64,000 bases of DNA from a virus (IMGVR_UViG_3300034062_005626); one strand, 5' to 3'. Positions 28,446-38,238 are shown, counted from the first letter of the stretch. Notes: generated from the sequence alone by a model not told the origin. Made by a program: numbers and translations.

Positions 28446-30317
28446 TTATCTCAATTCGTTTAAGTCAAATGAACGAACTCCATCAACTGTGATACGTCCG
28501 TAGAAACGGTTATTAACCATTTTCTTAGCGTATCTTGTCATAATACCTTTGATAGGTGTAAAGTTGAATGGGTTGTACATTGTAGGTGTTAATTGTAGAG
28601 GTACATATGGTGCGTAAACGTAACCTGTATCTAACAATGACGTTCCTTTGTGTCCTAACAATACTTGGTTTGCTGGGAAGTAAGGGTCACGGTATACTTG
28701 GTAACGACCTGCTAATGTACCAACTCTTTCAATACCCATATTGTATTGGTCTTGCTCAGGAGATGCGTTAGATACGTGGAAGTATTCTAAGTCATCAAAG
28801 ATTGCAGAAACCTCAGAAGAAACAACAATCCAGTTTGCTCCACCTCTCAAAGTAGATTTGTGGATTTGTGCAGACAATTGGTTGATTGCCGTAATTAAAG
28901 TTTGGTTCCAGTCTTTTTGAGTATAAGAAGTTGTGTTAGACAATCTTCTCCATCCGTTGTAATCCCAACGTAAGTTCCAAGCCGCTCCTTTACGTAAGTC
29001 ACGAAGAATTTCACGGTCAATCTCTGCAGCCACTTGCTCAGATAATAAAGCTGTTAATTCAGCCTCAGCGTCGATGTTATGGAATGCAGAAACGTCTTGT
29101 GCCAATTCAGGAGACCATTGTGCTCTTAGTTTTCTTTCTGTAACTGATACAGTAACTGACTCAAGGTCAAAAGAAACCTCACCAATTTGGTCTTCAAATT
29201 CTAATTCTTTGTAACGTCTCCAAGCGGCCATAATAATTGTGTTACCTTGAGTTCCTGACCAAGAAGATGCGGTTAAAGTTGCTCCTGAATATCCGTCGAT
29301 TGTAGCTGCGTTAGTACAAGAAACACATACGGGTACTTGTGCGTCGATTTCTAAGTAGATAAATCCTGTTTGAGAACAAACGTTGTCATAGTAACCACCA
29401 TTACCACCTGTAGATGATGTACCAAAAGGGGCTTGTGTTAAAGTTGAAGTAGGTCCTACGATTCCTTGTCCATACTTCTGAGTAACAACTCTATAAAGTA
29501 GTGGTGTGAAAGTAGACGTACCAAGGTTTGAAGCCGCTGTAGAATTTGGAGTATAAAGTACAAGATTAGATAAGAAGGATTCTGTATCCATTTCTTGTCC
29601 ATCAGGTCCAATAAGTTTTCCAAGACCAGCATTTGTAAATCCAGATAATGCAACTAAGATTTTTCTGTATTCTAAGTTACTAGATGTTGTATAAGCTGAA
29701 GCAACTAATGCTCCGCCAGACCAAGCAACTGTAGGTGTAAAACCTGTTACAGTTACGAATTGACCTTTTGAGTAATCAAACAAACCTGCTGGGTTTAATC
29801 CTGGTTCTGCTCCTTCATAAAATAAATCATAAAGATTTTTTTGGTACGTTGAATTGTAGTCACCAGTTCCTGTTGAGTATCCAGCTTGTGTGTTAGTGGA
29901 CGGGTTACTTGGCGAACCAATAGGTGCATAATGGTCACCTGAAACAACTCCTACAGTGTTTGTAATAACACCACCAGAATATCCTTGGATTTTAGGGATA
30001 AAGTAGAACAATTTACCGATAGGTAAGTTCATTGCTTGTACCGATACTAAATCATTAGCCAATAATTTAGAGAATACACGTCTAACGATAGGGAAAACTA
30101 CAGTTTCGAAAGAACCTGAACTATCTGAAGACGCAGCTTCGTTAATTAGGTGAGACGCTTGGTTTTCATATAACTGTGCCATGTTCTCTTTGATGTGTCC
30201 TTTAAGACCGTCTAGGAATCCTAATCTATCCCATTTGTTAATTGTATCTTCTTTGATAACTTTAAGGTGTTTTAACCCGATGTTACCAACAAGACCTGAT
30301 TCTAATAATGCTCCCAT
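28446..30317 (-). CDS. major capsid protein (T4 gp23-like)
   Basis: VSVQAMNLPIGKLFY, RKLRAQWSPELAQDVSAFHNIDAEAELTALLSEQVAAEIDREI, YAPYVPL, GIMTRYA. Confidence 0.96.
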   Translation of the reverse strand: MGALLESGLVGNIGLKHLKVIKEDTINKWDRLGFLDGLKGHIKENMAQLYENQASHLINEAASSDSSGSFETVVFPIVRRVFSKLLANDLVSVQAMNLPIGKLFYFIPKIQGYSGGVITNTVGVVSGDHYAPIGSPSNPSTNTQAGYSTGTGDYNSTYQKNLYDLFYEGAEPGLNPAGLFDYSKGQFVTVTGFTPTVAWSGGALVASAYTTSSNLEYRKILVALSGFTNAGLGKLIGPDGQEMDTESFLSNLVLYTPNSTAASNLGTSTFTPLLYRVVTQKYGQGIVGPTSTLTQAPFGTSSTGGNGGYYDNVCSQTGFIYLEIDAQVPVCVSCTNAATIDGYSGATLTASSWSGTQGNTIIMAAWRRYKELEFEDQIGEVSFDLESVTVSVTERKLRAQWSPELAQDVSAFHNIDAEAELTALLSEQVAAEIDREILRDLRKGAAWNLRWDYNGWRRLSNTTSYTQKDWNQTLITAINQLSAQIHKSTLRGGANWIVVSSEVSAIFDDLEYFHVSNASPEQDQYNMGIERVGTLAGRYQVYRDPYFPANQVLLGHKGTSLLDTGYVYAPYVPLQLTPTMYNPFNFTPIKGIMTRYAKKMVNNRFYGRITVDGVRSFDLNELR

Positions 30318-30350
30318 TTTTTAATTTTTTTTAGAGTTTATTTTTATTTT

Positions 30351-31763
30351 TTATTTTATTTTGTTCATTAAATCCTTCATTCTCATAAATTGAGGATTTT
30401 CATAAGCTTTAGATTCAATCAAGTTTGATGCTGAACCATTACTTGGAGTTTTAACAACTTTTTGTGCAATTGATTCGTTCATCATAGAACTTGGTGACTC
30501 ACCAATTTCTTCTTTGATTGTTCTGTAAAGTGATTTTGATTCTTTCAAAGATTCAACAGTGTCAAATCTTCTTAAGATGTTGATTTTTTCTTGTTTTGTT
30601 GTTGAGTGTTCTGTAAACAATCTAGTAGCGTAAGCCAAATTAGAATTGAAAATTGCAACTTCATTTAATTTATTTCTAAAAAAGTCTAATGCTTTTCTAT
30701 ACTCTTCATTTTTTTCTCTTAAAGATTCCAATTCACGAGATTCAAACGTTAAATTTCTGTTTGGTGTGATTCCCTTTCTTAAACCTCTACCTTTTTTAGA
30801 ACCATTTCCATAAGTTCTAGCAGCTTCAGTTGCTTCAACGTCATCATCTTCCTCTTCGTCCATCCATCCGTCTGAAATTTCATCTTCGCCTGTTTCAGTA
30901 ACACCGTGTTTCAATTTTGAAGGATAAATATTGGTTTTAAGTTTTCCAATTTTACCTTTCGCTTTAAACGCCTCAACAACATTTTCAAGTGATTCTTGGT
31001 CGATTTCATAAACTTCTTCATCCATGCCCATATCTTCGTTATAGTCCATTTCATCCATGTACGTTTCATCCATGCCCATTTCTTCGTTATAGTCCATTTC
31101 ATCCATGTACGTTTCATCCATGCCCATTTCTTCGTTATAGTCCATTTCATCCATGTACGTTTCATCCATGCCCATATCTTCGTTATAGTCCATTTCATTC
31201 GACATCGAATCGTCTTCAAAAACCAACTCATATGTTGTATTTTCAGCCATGTTTTCGACAGGTTGTTCTGTTGGCATTTCAGGTTCGTCAACTTCCATAC
31301 TGATTAGATATTCGGTATTTGCTTTACCGTCTTTCAAGTGAACATAGTTTCCATCTTTTTGAATGATAAAACCGTCCTCATCTCCCATCGCTTTGAAAAC
31401 TTTCATAACGTCGGACATTGGTGATTTTGTCATATCAAGTGGAGGTAGTTCTTCAGTTGGACCTTCAGGAGCTCCTTCCATACCATTATCAGTACTTGGT
31501 GCCGGTAGTGCTTCCACTTCCTCTTCACCTGATACTTCTACTTCTTCTCCTTCTTCTTCTGAACCTTGTGGTTGTTCACCACCTTGTGCTTGTTCTTTTA
31601 AGGATTTTTTGGAACCCATTATAGATTCCCTTACTAATTCGCCGATTTCTTGTTTCATGGTTGAAGCAAGTATTCCTTTTGCATTTTCACTAATCGCCTC
31701 TTCGATAGACTTCATTTGTAATAAAGCCTCCTCTACTAACGATTCTGATTTTCTGTTACTCAT
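30351..31763 (-). CDS. prohead core scaffold protein (gp22-like)
   Basis: highly acidic; directly upstream of the major capsid gene; coiled-coil C-terminus NEVAIFNSNLAYATRLF. Confidence 0.8.
   Translation of the reverse strand: MSNRKSESLVEEALLQMKSIEEAISENAKGILASTMKQEIGELVRESIMGSKKSLKEQAQGGEQPQGSEEEGEEVEVSGEEEVEALPAPSTDNGMEGAPEGPTEELPPLDMTKSPMSDVMKVFKAMGDEDGFIIQKDGNYVHLKDGKANTEYLISMEVDEPEMPTEQPVENMAENTTYELVFEDDSMSNEMDYNEDMGMDETYMDEMDYNEEMGMDETYMDEMDYNEEMGMDETYMDEMDYNEDMGMDEEVYEIDQESLENVVEAFKAKGKIGKLKTNIYPSKLKHGVTETGEDEISDGWMDEEEDDDVEATEAARTYGNGSKKGRGLRKGITPNRNLTFESRELESLREKNEEYRKALDFFRNKLNEVAIFNSNLAYATRLFTEHSTTKQEKINILRRFDTVESLKESKSLYRTIKEEIGESPSSMMNESIAQKVVKTPSNGSASNLIESKAYENPQFMRMKDLMNKIK
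31021..31198 (-). repeat. 48-bp tandem repeat, about 3.7 copies (MDEMDYNE[D/E]MGMDETY)
   Basis: units start at 31021, 31069, 31117, 31165 and differ at one position. Confidence 0.95.
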
Positions 31764-31798
31764 TTAAAAAAGCATATAATTTTGCGTTTATTTTTATA

Positions 31799-31805
31799 AT
31801 AAATA
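31799..31805 (-). promoter_or_regulatory. putative late promoter TATTTAT
   Basis: upstream of scaffold/capsid, just downstream of a terminator. Confidence 0.6.
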
Positions 31806-31855
31806 TATCTATATTCCAAAAAGTTTGTTTTTTATATGAAAAACCGTTAAAAAAT

Positions 31856-31881
31856 AAAAAAGGTCCCTTTTGGGGACCTTT
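31856..31881 (-). terminator. intrinsic terminator
   Basis: minus strand AGGTCCC-CAAAA-GGGACCT followed by a T run. Confidence 0.8.
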
Positions 31882-31902
31882 ATAAAAATGTTAAGAATTT
31901 TT

Positions 31903-32112
31903 TTATTCAATAACTTCGTCAATTTTACTTTCAACTATTGCAGTGATTCTCCAATCCATTGAGTAACTTTCATAAGCTTTAGTTACTTTAGCCTCAACGT
32001 CTGTTGGTGAAAAACCTTTAACCAATTTTTCTTCTCTCATTTTTTTGATTTTACCTGTGTTGTCATCAACCATATCAGTTGTGATTTTTGCTACAAAATA
32101 CTTTTCGTCCAT
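31903..32112 (-). CDS. small hypothetical protein
   Basis: 69-aa ORF in head operon. Confidence 0.75.
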   Translation of the reverse strand: MDEKYFVAKITTDMVDDNTGKIKKMREEKLVKGFSPTDVEAKVTKAYESYSMDWRITAIVESKIDEVIE

Positions 32113-32124
32113 AATTTAATTTTT

Positions 32125-32835
32125 TTACTTTCCTAAATAATCGGACAATCTTTTCATTAAGTCAACAGATTTTTCTAATCCACCACCACTAACTGAAGTA
32201 TTATCATGTTCTGCCAATTTTTCTTCATATCTTGGTCTATCTTCAGCGTTCAAATAAAGATAAGCTCCTGGTGTAGATGGTGATGATACAAGGTCAAAAC
32301 AAATTAATTCAAAATCCTCCTGTACCTCATTTTGGTCTCCTTTTTTTACTAAAGACCCGACCCCACGAGAAGATACTCCCATAGTGACTCCTTGTCTCAT
32401 AAGATTTGCTGCAACATCTCCCTTAGATGTTACAATTCCTCTTTCGTGAAAACCGGGACTTGTTAATAATTTAATTTTTCCCATCAATACATTTCCTTCC
32501 CACCACGTTTCAGTTATAAGGTGAGAAACTCTATCTAAATCCACTAAAGAAGATTCGGGGTGATTTAATTCAGAAATTGACATTCCTTTTTTAATGACCT
32601 CTTGATATTTTTCAGCCTCTCTTTTTAATATTTTTTCAGGGTATACTCTACCGTTTCTATTTGGAACTCCCCATTTTTGAAGTGTTGCATAAAAAACAAA
32701 CGGTTTAGAATGGTCTAACTGACCATAAGATTCTCTAATCAAATTTTGGTTTCTTGGTTCATTTGGATTTATAATACCAGCATCCCATTCAACTAGAATC
32801 CCTTTACCCGTGTCTTTTGGTCCTAAAATTTTCAT
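32125..32835 (-). CDS. prohead core protease (T4 gp21-like)
   Basis: NRNGRVYP, SELNHPE, DRVSH, GVSSRGVGS, FDLVSSPSTPGA. Confidence 0.92.
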   Translation of the reverse strand: MKILGPKDTGKGILVEWDAGIINPNEPRNQNLIRESYGQLDHSKPFVFYATLQKWGVPNRNGRVYPEKILKREAEKYQEVIKKGMSISELNHPESSLVDLDRVSHLITETWWEGNVLMGKIKLLTSPGFHERGIVTSKGDVAANLMRQGVTMGVSSRGVGSLVKKGDQNEVQEDFELICFDLVSSPSTPGAYLYLNAEDRPRYEEKLAEHDNTSVSGGGLEKSVDLMKRLSDYLGK

Positions 32836-32848
32836 AATATTTTTATTG

Positions 32849-32855
32849 ATAAATA
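32849..32855 (-). promoter_or_regulatory. putative late promoter TATTTAT
   Basis: 13 nt before start 32835. Confidence 0.6.
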
Positions 32856-33305
32856 TTATATTTCTTCTATTTGTGCTGATTTAGTTTTACTTAATGTGAA
32901 ATAAAGTGAATTTTTTAAGTCATCCACATATATTGATTGGAAAATATTTTTTATTTTTGACCTTAAAAGAATTGATTTGAAATCGTATGATTGGTTGTGA
33001 ATAAACAATGTAATTTCTAAATTCAAAAAACTTTTTTTATTTTTTTGTAATCCACTTGTTCTTAAATCTAAGTCAACTATACACTTCTTTTCAAAAATTT
33101 TGTGGTCAACAACTTCTAACAGTGTGTGTAGAATTTGTCTTTTTATACTACCTGTAATTGATGTCCAATTACTGTAATCATCTTTTGGTTCGACCCATGT
33201 TTGTAAAATTAAATAAATTGATTTGAAATTTTTGGAATCGACTGTTCCGTACTGACATTTTGCATCATCAAAAATGTTTAATTTTGATGTTTTTCCTTTC
33301 TTCAT
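32856..33305 (-). CDS. hypothetical protein
   Basis: 149-aa ORF. Confidence 0.75.
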   Translation of the reverse strand: MKKGKTSKLNIFDDAKCQYGTVDSKNFKSIYLILQTWVEPKDDYSNWTSITGSIKRQILHTLLEVVDHKIFEKKCIVDLDLRTSGLQKNKKSFLNLEITLFIHNQSYDFKSILLRSKIKNIFQSIYVDDLKNSLYFTLSKTKSAQIEEI

Positions 33306-33335
33306 TGTTCATATGTAAGAGGTTTATTTTTTTTA

Positions 33336-33364
33336 ATTATAACAATTATAAAAGAATTTGTCAA
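33336..33364 (-). promoter_or_regulatory. perfect sigma70 consensus TTGACA-N17-TATAAT
   Basis: minus strand TTGACA aattcttttataattgt TATAAT, 30 nt upstream of start 33305. Confidence 0.6.
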
Positions 33365-33382
33365 AACATAAAAAAATTAGTA

Positions 33383-33389
33383 TATTTAT
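33383..33389 (+). promoter_or_regulatory. putative late promoter TATTTAT (rpsU)
   Basis: 20 nt before ATG 33410. Confidence 0.6.
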
Positions 33390-33409
33390 TTTAAAAAAAG
33401 AAAAAAAAT

Positions 33410-33601
33410 ATGATTATTATCGAAGTTAAAAAAAATAATATTGAGCAAGCATTAAAACAATATAAACTCAAGATATACAAAACAAAACAACTTGAGCATT
33501 TAAGAGACAGACAAGAATTTGAGAAAAAGTCCGTTAAGTCGAGAAAGAAAAAAATAAAGGCGGTTTATATACAAAAAATTAAAAATCAACTTTCTTCTTG
33601 A
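33410..33601 (+). CDS. rpsU: phage-encoded ribosomal protein bS21
   Basis: IEV..NIEQALKQYK.K...LRDRQEFEKKSVKSRKKK; 63 aa basic; lies in head module. Confidence 0.85.
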   Translation: MIIIEVKKNNIEQALKQYKLKIYKTKQLEHLRDRQEFEKKSVKSRKKKIKAVYIQKIKNQLSS

Positions 33602-33834
33602 TTTTTATTATCCTTTTTTTTGTTGGTAAAAAAATCTACGGATGTCAATCCTAAAGTCCCAAACGCTAATAATCCAATTGTTTCTATTAAAATTTCAGGA
33701 GCCTCATATCTTCCACAACTAAATAAAGAAACGAATAAAGATATTATTAAAGAAAAAGTACATAATAGACCAATAAATCTTTTAGAGGATATGCCACCGT
33801 TTGCCCCCTCCATCATGTTTTTAAAAAATTTCAT
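33586..33834 (-). CDS. small two-TM membrane protein (holin-like)
   Basis: ISSKRFIGLLCTFSLIISLFVSLF and IGLLAFGTLGLTSVDFF, then charged tail. Confidence 0.6.
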   Translation of the reverse strand: MKFFKNMMEGANGGISSKRFIGLLCTFSLIISLFVSLFSCGRYEAPEILIETIGLLAFGTLGLTSVDFFTNKKKDNKNQEES

Positions 33835-34571
33835 TATAAACCTTCTTGGAGTTGTCTTAACTTATAGTAATTGTAAAAATCAACAGGTGAGTTTTGTATT
33901 TTGGTTACAGTTTTTTCAATTGTATTTTTTAAATCACTTTCAGTAGACTCGTTTATTTTTACTTTTAAGTTTTCAATAATACATTCCTTTAAGTTTTCCA
34001 TTCTATTTTCTAACTCAGTTTTAGATAGAGAAACTATTTCTTTAATATCATTTTTTTCACTTTCTGACAAATTAGTAATTTCATCATTAAGTTTTGAGTT
34101 TGCAACTTTCAACATAGTCTCTAAAGGTAAGTTGATAGATTCTTTGATGGTTACTTCTTTTTTAGGTGTAGATAAAGTTTTAGATATTTGTTTTTTTGAT
34201 TCTAAAATATTTTCAAGATTTTTAATAGAATTGTTATAAATCACATTATCGATTGTTTCGTAAATATTTTTTACATCCCCATGTAAATTGATTCTATTAA
34301 TCCATGAATTAATTCTACTTAATTCTTTATTATTATTTTCAACCAAAATTTGTGAGTACTCTACAGACTCATTAATATAGTCATTAACTAAGTCTACTGA
34401 TATACCTTTATTTTCTGTCAAATCATTATAGATATAATAAAGTTCCGCAATGTCTTTATTTTCCAAAACAATCTTTTTGAATTGATTGCTGAAAAATTTA
34501 AACTCATCCTTACCATATAAGTTAATGAAAGTTTCGTCTATTTTAGTTTTTATTTCACCAAAAGTTGCCAT
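33834..34571 (-). CDS. hypothetical head-module protein
   Basis: 245-aa ORF with late motif. Confidence 0.75.
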   Translation of the reverse strand: MATFGEIKTKIDETFINLYGKDEFKFFSNQFKKIVLENKDIAELYYIYNDLTENKGISVDLVNDYINESVEYSQILVENNNKELSRINSWINRINLHGDVKNIYETIDNVIYNNSIKNLENILESKKQISKTLSTPKKEVTIKESINLPLETMLKVANSKLNDEITNLSESEKNDIKEIVSLSKTELENRMENLKECIIENLKVKINESTESDLKNTIEKTVTKIQNSPVDFYNYYKLRQLQEGL

Positions 34572-34585
34572 ATCTATTTTTTTAG

Positions 34586-34592
34586 ATAAATA
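34586..34592 (-). promoter_or_regulatory. putative late promoter TATTTAT
   Basis: 14 nt before start 34571. Confidence 0.6.
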
Positions 34593-34593
34593 C

Positions 34594-36423
34594 TTACTTG
34601 TTTAATAATTTATTTATTTTGTCATCAATTTCATTGATAGATAATCTACCTTTTGATAAATCTAATGTATTATCTCTATCAAAAAGTGTGTTTTCCAAAA
34701 TTAAATTTAAATCATTTCTGTTAAAATTTTCAGGAGTTACTGCCCCACCTTCTGCGGGTGGTGGTGGTGGTGCTCCACCTCCAGCTTCAGGAGGTGCTCC
34801 TCCTTCTTCAGGTGGCATTCCTCCACCTTCAGGTGCTGCTCCACCTTCAGCAGGTGCTCCACCTGCTGACGCTTCATCTTTTTTACCATAAAGTGAATCA
34901 AGAGTATCGAATAAACCTGTTTTAGTTATAACTTCTGCTGTTTTACCAAGTTCTGCAGATACAGCTCTTTCAATTCTTTGTTGTTGTAAATCAAGTCTAA
35001 TTTCATCATCAGAAAATCCAAGAATATGTTTTTTGGCCCATGATGCCGATACAGGGGCAACACTATCTTGAATTGGCGCAACCGCATCTTTAAATAATGT
35101 TATTTTTTCTTTCCATAATTCTATACCTAATAAATCAGATTGTTTAGATGGGTTGGTTAATCCAAGTGTAAAATTGGTTAATTCATCTTCGAACCCTAAT
35201 AGAAACAAATGAATGATTGCGATTTTATTTAATTCTGCAATCATAGATTTTTGAATCCTATTGATTGTTCTAGCAAATCTAATATCTAATAGTGATAAAT
35301 TTTTACCATCACCAACAGCCTCTTCAAATCCTAAATACGCTTTAGGTATTCTTAATGCCGTAACAAGTTTCTTTTGGATATATTCAATATCAGCAATTTC
35401 CGCTAAGTTTTTAGCCCCATCTAATGTTTCAATAGGATTAGTTGCTGCTGGGTCTCTAACAGGGATAAAATAATCTTGGTCTACCGCCATTTGATTAAAT
35501 CTCATGTCAACATTTCCTGTTTTTTGGTCTACAATTTGGTCTCTTTTGAATTTATTAGCAACTCTTTGTACGTAAGCATCCACATCTTTGTCATCCATAT
35601 TACCCACAAATACTTTAAACACCCGTCTTTCAGGTGCTCTTGACACTCGGTAAATTAACATCGCATCTTCAGATAAAAGTAATTGTTTCCAAATACGACG
35701 AGCTTTTTCTAACATTGATGTACCATACGGTAATTTTCTATCGTCACCTAATATTCTAAAGTGACCTATCTCCCATGTGTTAAATTCCATGTTTTTTTCT
35801 TTCCATGTGAATTTAAGAGCGTCATTTTCAATTTCTGCTGAATATTTTTCAGGTTGAAATTTCATCCCTTTTTCTAATCTTTCTATTTGGATATTGGGTA
35901 ATTGTTGACAACCTACAACTCCTCTTTCGGGGTCTAATTTTAAATAAACAAAATTATCACCAAACTTACAAGTGTTTCTAATCCACATTGGTAAGTTTGT
36001 ATTAATATCCAATTTGTTATTAAACAAATCGGTTAAAACTGATTTAATTCTTTTTGATTCAGAATAGATTTGTAAAATGTGCCCGTCTTTATCAGGTGTT
36101 GTCGACTCTTCAGCATAAATGTCTAATGCTGCTGAAATTTCGGGGGTATATTCCATGGATTCATAATCATAATATGATGCCATTCTTGTTGGTTCATAAT
36201 AAACCGCCTGTTGATAAAGATTACTTTCTACTTTTTGCCACTGTTGACCAATATACATGGTCTGTTGAGCTTGAAGTTTTTCTTTTTCAAATTCTTGTTT
36301 GTTTGGTGTTTTTAATAATTCTTTTTTATCGAATTTAAAAACGGGTGATTGTTGGTCAATTGTTGAATTAGGTCCAAAAACTCTACCTAATCTTTGCCAA
36401 ACTGTATATTTTTCTTCTGCCAT
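34594..36423 (-). CDS. portal vertex protein (T4 gp20-like)
   Basis: PEISAALDIYAEE, LPYGTSMLEKARRIWKQL.L.EDAMLIYRVSRAPERRVF, DYFIPVR. Confidence 0.95.
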   Translation of the reverse strand: MAEEKYTVWQRLGRVFGPNSTIDQQSPVFKFDKKELLKTPNKQEFEKEKLQAQQTMYIGQQWQKVESNLYQQAVYYEPTRMASYYDYESMEYTPEISAALDIYAEESTTPDKDGHILQIYSESKRIKSVLTDLFNNKLDINTNLPMWIRNTCKFGDNFVYLKLDPERGVVGCQQLPNIQIERLEKGMKFQPEKYSAEIENDALKFTWKEKNMEFNTWEIGHFRILGDDRKLPYGTSMLEKARRIWKQLLLSEDAMLIYRVSRAPERRVFKVFVGNMDDKDVDAYVQRVANKFKRDQIVDQKTGNVDMRFNQMAVDQDYFIPVRDPAATNPIETLDGAKNLAEIADIEYIQKKLVTALRIPKAYLGFEEAVGDGKNLSLLDIRFARTINRIQKSMIAELNKIAIIHLFLLGFEDELTNFTLGLTNPSKQSDLLGIELWKEKITLFKDAVAPIQDSVAPVSASWAKKHILGFSDDEIRLDLQQQRIERAVSAELGKTAEVITKTGLFDTLDSLYGKKDEASAGGAPAEGGAAPEGGGMPPEEGGAPPEAGGGAPPPPPAEGGAVTPENFNRNDLNLILENTLFDRDNTLDLSKGRLSINEIDDKINKLLNK

Positions 36424-36456
36424 TTTATTTTTTAAAATAGTTCATTTTATAATATT

Positions 36457-38232
36457 CTAAACTCTTCTTCCTCCAAATAACCAAGAATAATTTTCATAGT
36501 CACTTTTAGTTGGTCCAGTATATGTTCTATTACTATACATATCATTTTGAACCGGAATTGATGGATTAAAATTTTGTGACGAATCTTTAAACATAGTTTT
36601 GTCTGTTGTCCAAGATTCAATCATCGCTTTTGCTTGTTCTGTTGCCTTTTCTAATTTAGAAAAAGATGACTCCCCAACATAAATAGCCATTGCCATTGCC
36701 ATAATTAAATCGTCGTGTTGACCTTTTTGGTGGTCAGGTCTTCCGTTTACATAAACAAAAGTATTAAGTTCATTAAAAAGTCTTTGGGACCTAACTGCGA
36801 ACCCAAACCTTAAAGCTTCTTCGAACGCTTGAACAATTAAAACTCGTTTTGAGTTAAAATTTATTCCTGGTATTTTATCTTCTTGTTTTGGGTCCCATTT
36901 CCATTTGTCCGCGGGATTTACACCATCAACATACAAATTTTTATATCCAAGTTCTTGAAGTTTTCTAGAAGTTGCAACACCCATACCACCTGTAATATCG
37001 GTTACAATAAATGCGTTATACATTATTGCCCATTTATATGCTATTTCCGCCACAATATCAGGTGGAACTTTTGCAATATATTCTAAGACTTGTTCTCTTT
37101 CATCAAAATCAATTATAATAAAAGTTGTAAAATCTTCACTGTCCCCTCTCGAAACGTCCATTCCCATAATATATCTATGACCAACAATCGGTTCTTTCCA
37201 TTGCCAAAGAACACCACCCATAAATTTGTTTTCAGGTTCTTTAATATGGTTTTCTTTTATTTTTTTCATAGTTTCAGGAGGAATAACATTATCCCCTGAC
37301 CCTAAAAAGTTACATTCTAATTCTTGTGATATTTTACGTTTATCAAATTTTAATTTTTTTGACATCGCCTCAAACCACGATGAATATGCCTTGTATCCGT
37401 TTTCAATTTTTTGTTTAATATCCTCAAAATCCCTATCCGATACTTTTATATTTGAATAATCGATAGTAATTTCATCATCCTTATAGTCAGCTCTATTTAA
37501 CATGTAATGTATTATATCATCACACTTGATTAGTTTTAAGTCTTTGGAGTATCTAGGGTCTCTAAACCAAAACATCTCAGTAATTTTAAAGTCATTCATT
37601 CCTTTTACTGCCTGAGTATAAATTGAGTAGTAAATTGGGTCGAATCCGTTGGGTGTTGAAATAACAATTACTTTACCACCCGTTGAAAGGGATGCCATAC
37701 ACGCTGACCAAAAATCTTCATCAGCATCAATGTATGCCGCCTCATCAAAAATAAGAATAGTTGGTGTATACCCACGAAGTGCATCTTTTGATGTTGCAAC
37801 GGCTTTAACTTCACAACCGTTTGTTAATTTAAAATGTCTTGCTGCATTTTTTTCAGAAGAAAATCCAACACCTAACCAATTTGGCCATTGTTCAACAAAT
37901 GAACGTACTTTGTTTGCCATCTCAACAGCAGTATCAAGTTTGTTTGCAATAATTAGAATTTTTTCAGGTTTTGATTTTTTTGCAAAAACTAATCTTTTTG
38001 ATGCCCATGCAGATGTTACGGTCGATACACCCGCTTGACGATATTTAAGTGCTATATTTTCTTCAGCAGTATCGTAATCTTTTACCAAAGTGACTTGGTC
38101 ATTAAATAGTTCTAGCGGTACGTATTTTGATTGTGTGTTGTCGTAAGTTTGCAAATATGTTTTTAGTGCGTAAGGTGTGTCGTTTACACATTTAGCATAT
38201 TCTAATAATATTTGTTCTTTTGAAAGCGACAT
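36457..38232 (-). CDS. terminase large subunit (T4 gp17-like)
   Basis: KYRQAGVST, Walker B IFDEAA, ISTPNG, GMDVSRGDSED, HDDLIMA. Confidence 0.95.
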   Translation of the reverse strand: MSLSKEQILLEYAKCVNDTPYALKTYLQTYDNTQSKYVPLELFNDQVTLVKDYDTAEENIALKYRQAGVSTVTSAWASKRLVFAKKSKPEKILIIANKLDTAVEMANKVRSFVEQWPNWLGVGFSSEKNAARHFKLTNGCEVKAVATSKDALRGYTPTILIFDEAAYIDADEDFWSACMASLSTGGKVIVISTPNGFDPIYYSIYTQAVKGMNDFKITEMFWFRDPRYSKDLKLIKCDDIIHYMLNRADYKDDEITIDYSNIKVSDRDFEDIKQKIENGYKAYSSWFEAMSKKLKFDKRKISQELECNFLGSGDNVIPPETMKKIKENHIKEPENKFMGGVLWQWKEPIVGHRYIMGMDVSRGDSEDFTTFIIIDFDEREQVLEYIAKVPPDIVAEIAYKWAIMYNAFIVTDITGGMGVATSRKLQELGYKNLYVDGVNPADKWKWDPKQEDKIPGINFNSKRVLIVQAFEEALRFGFAVRSQRLFNELNTFVYVNGRPDHQKGQHDDLIMAMAMAIYVGESSFSKLEKATEQAKAMIESWTTDKTMFKDSSQNFNPSIPVQNDMYSNRTYTGPTKSDYENYSWLFGGRRV

Positions 38233-38238
38233 TCATTT

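Noticed and set aside
29215-29990. Intron or intein in the major capsid gene
   Set aside because: Frame is continuous, with no intein Cys/His-Asn ends and no endonuclease motifs; treated as an insertion domain
31021-31198. CRISPR array
   Set aside because: Head-to-tail in-frame repeats without unique spacers; no cas genes in the window
30911-31307. Three plus-strand ORFs over the scaffold repeat
   Set aside because: Shadow frames produced by the stop-free 48-bp repeat on the antisense strand
33620-34239. Plus-strand ORFs downstream of rpsU
   Set aside because: Antisense shadows of the minus-strand membrane protein and hypothetical genes
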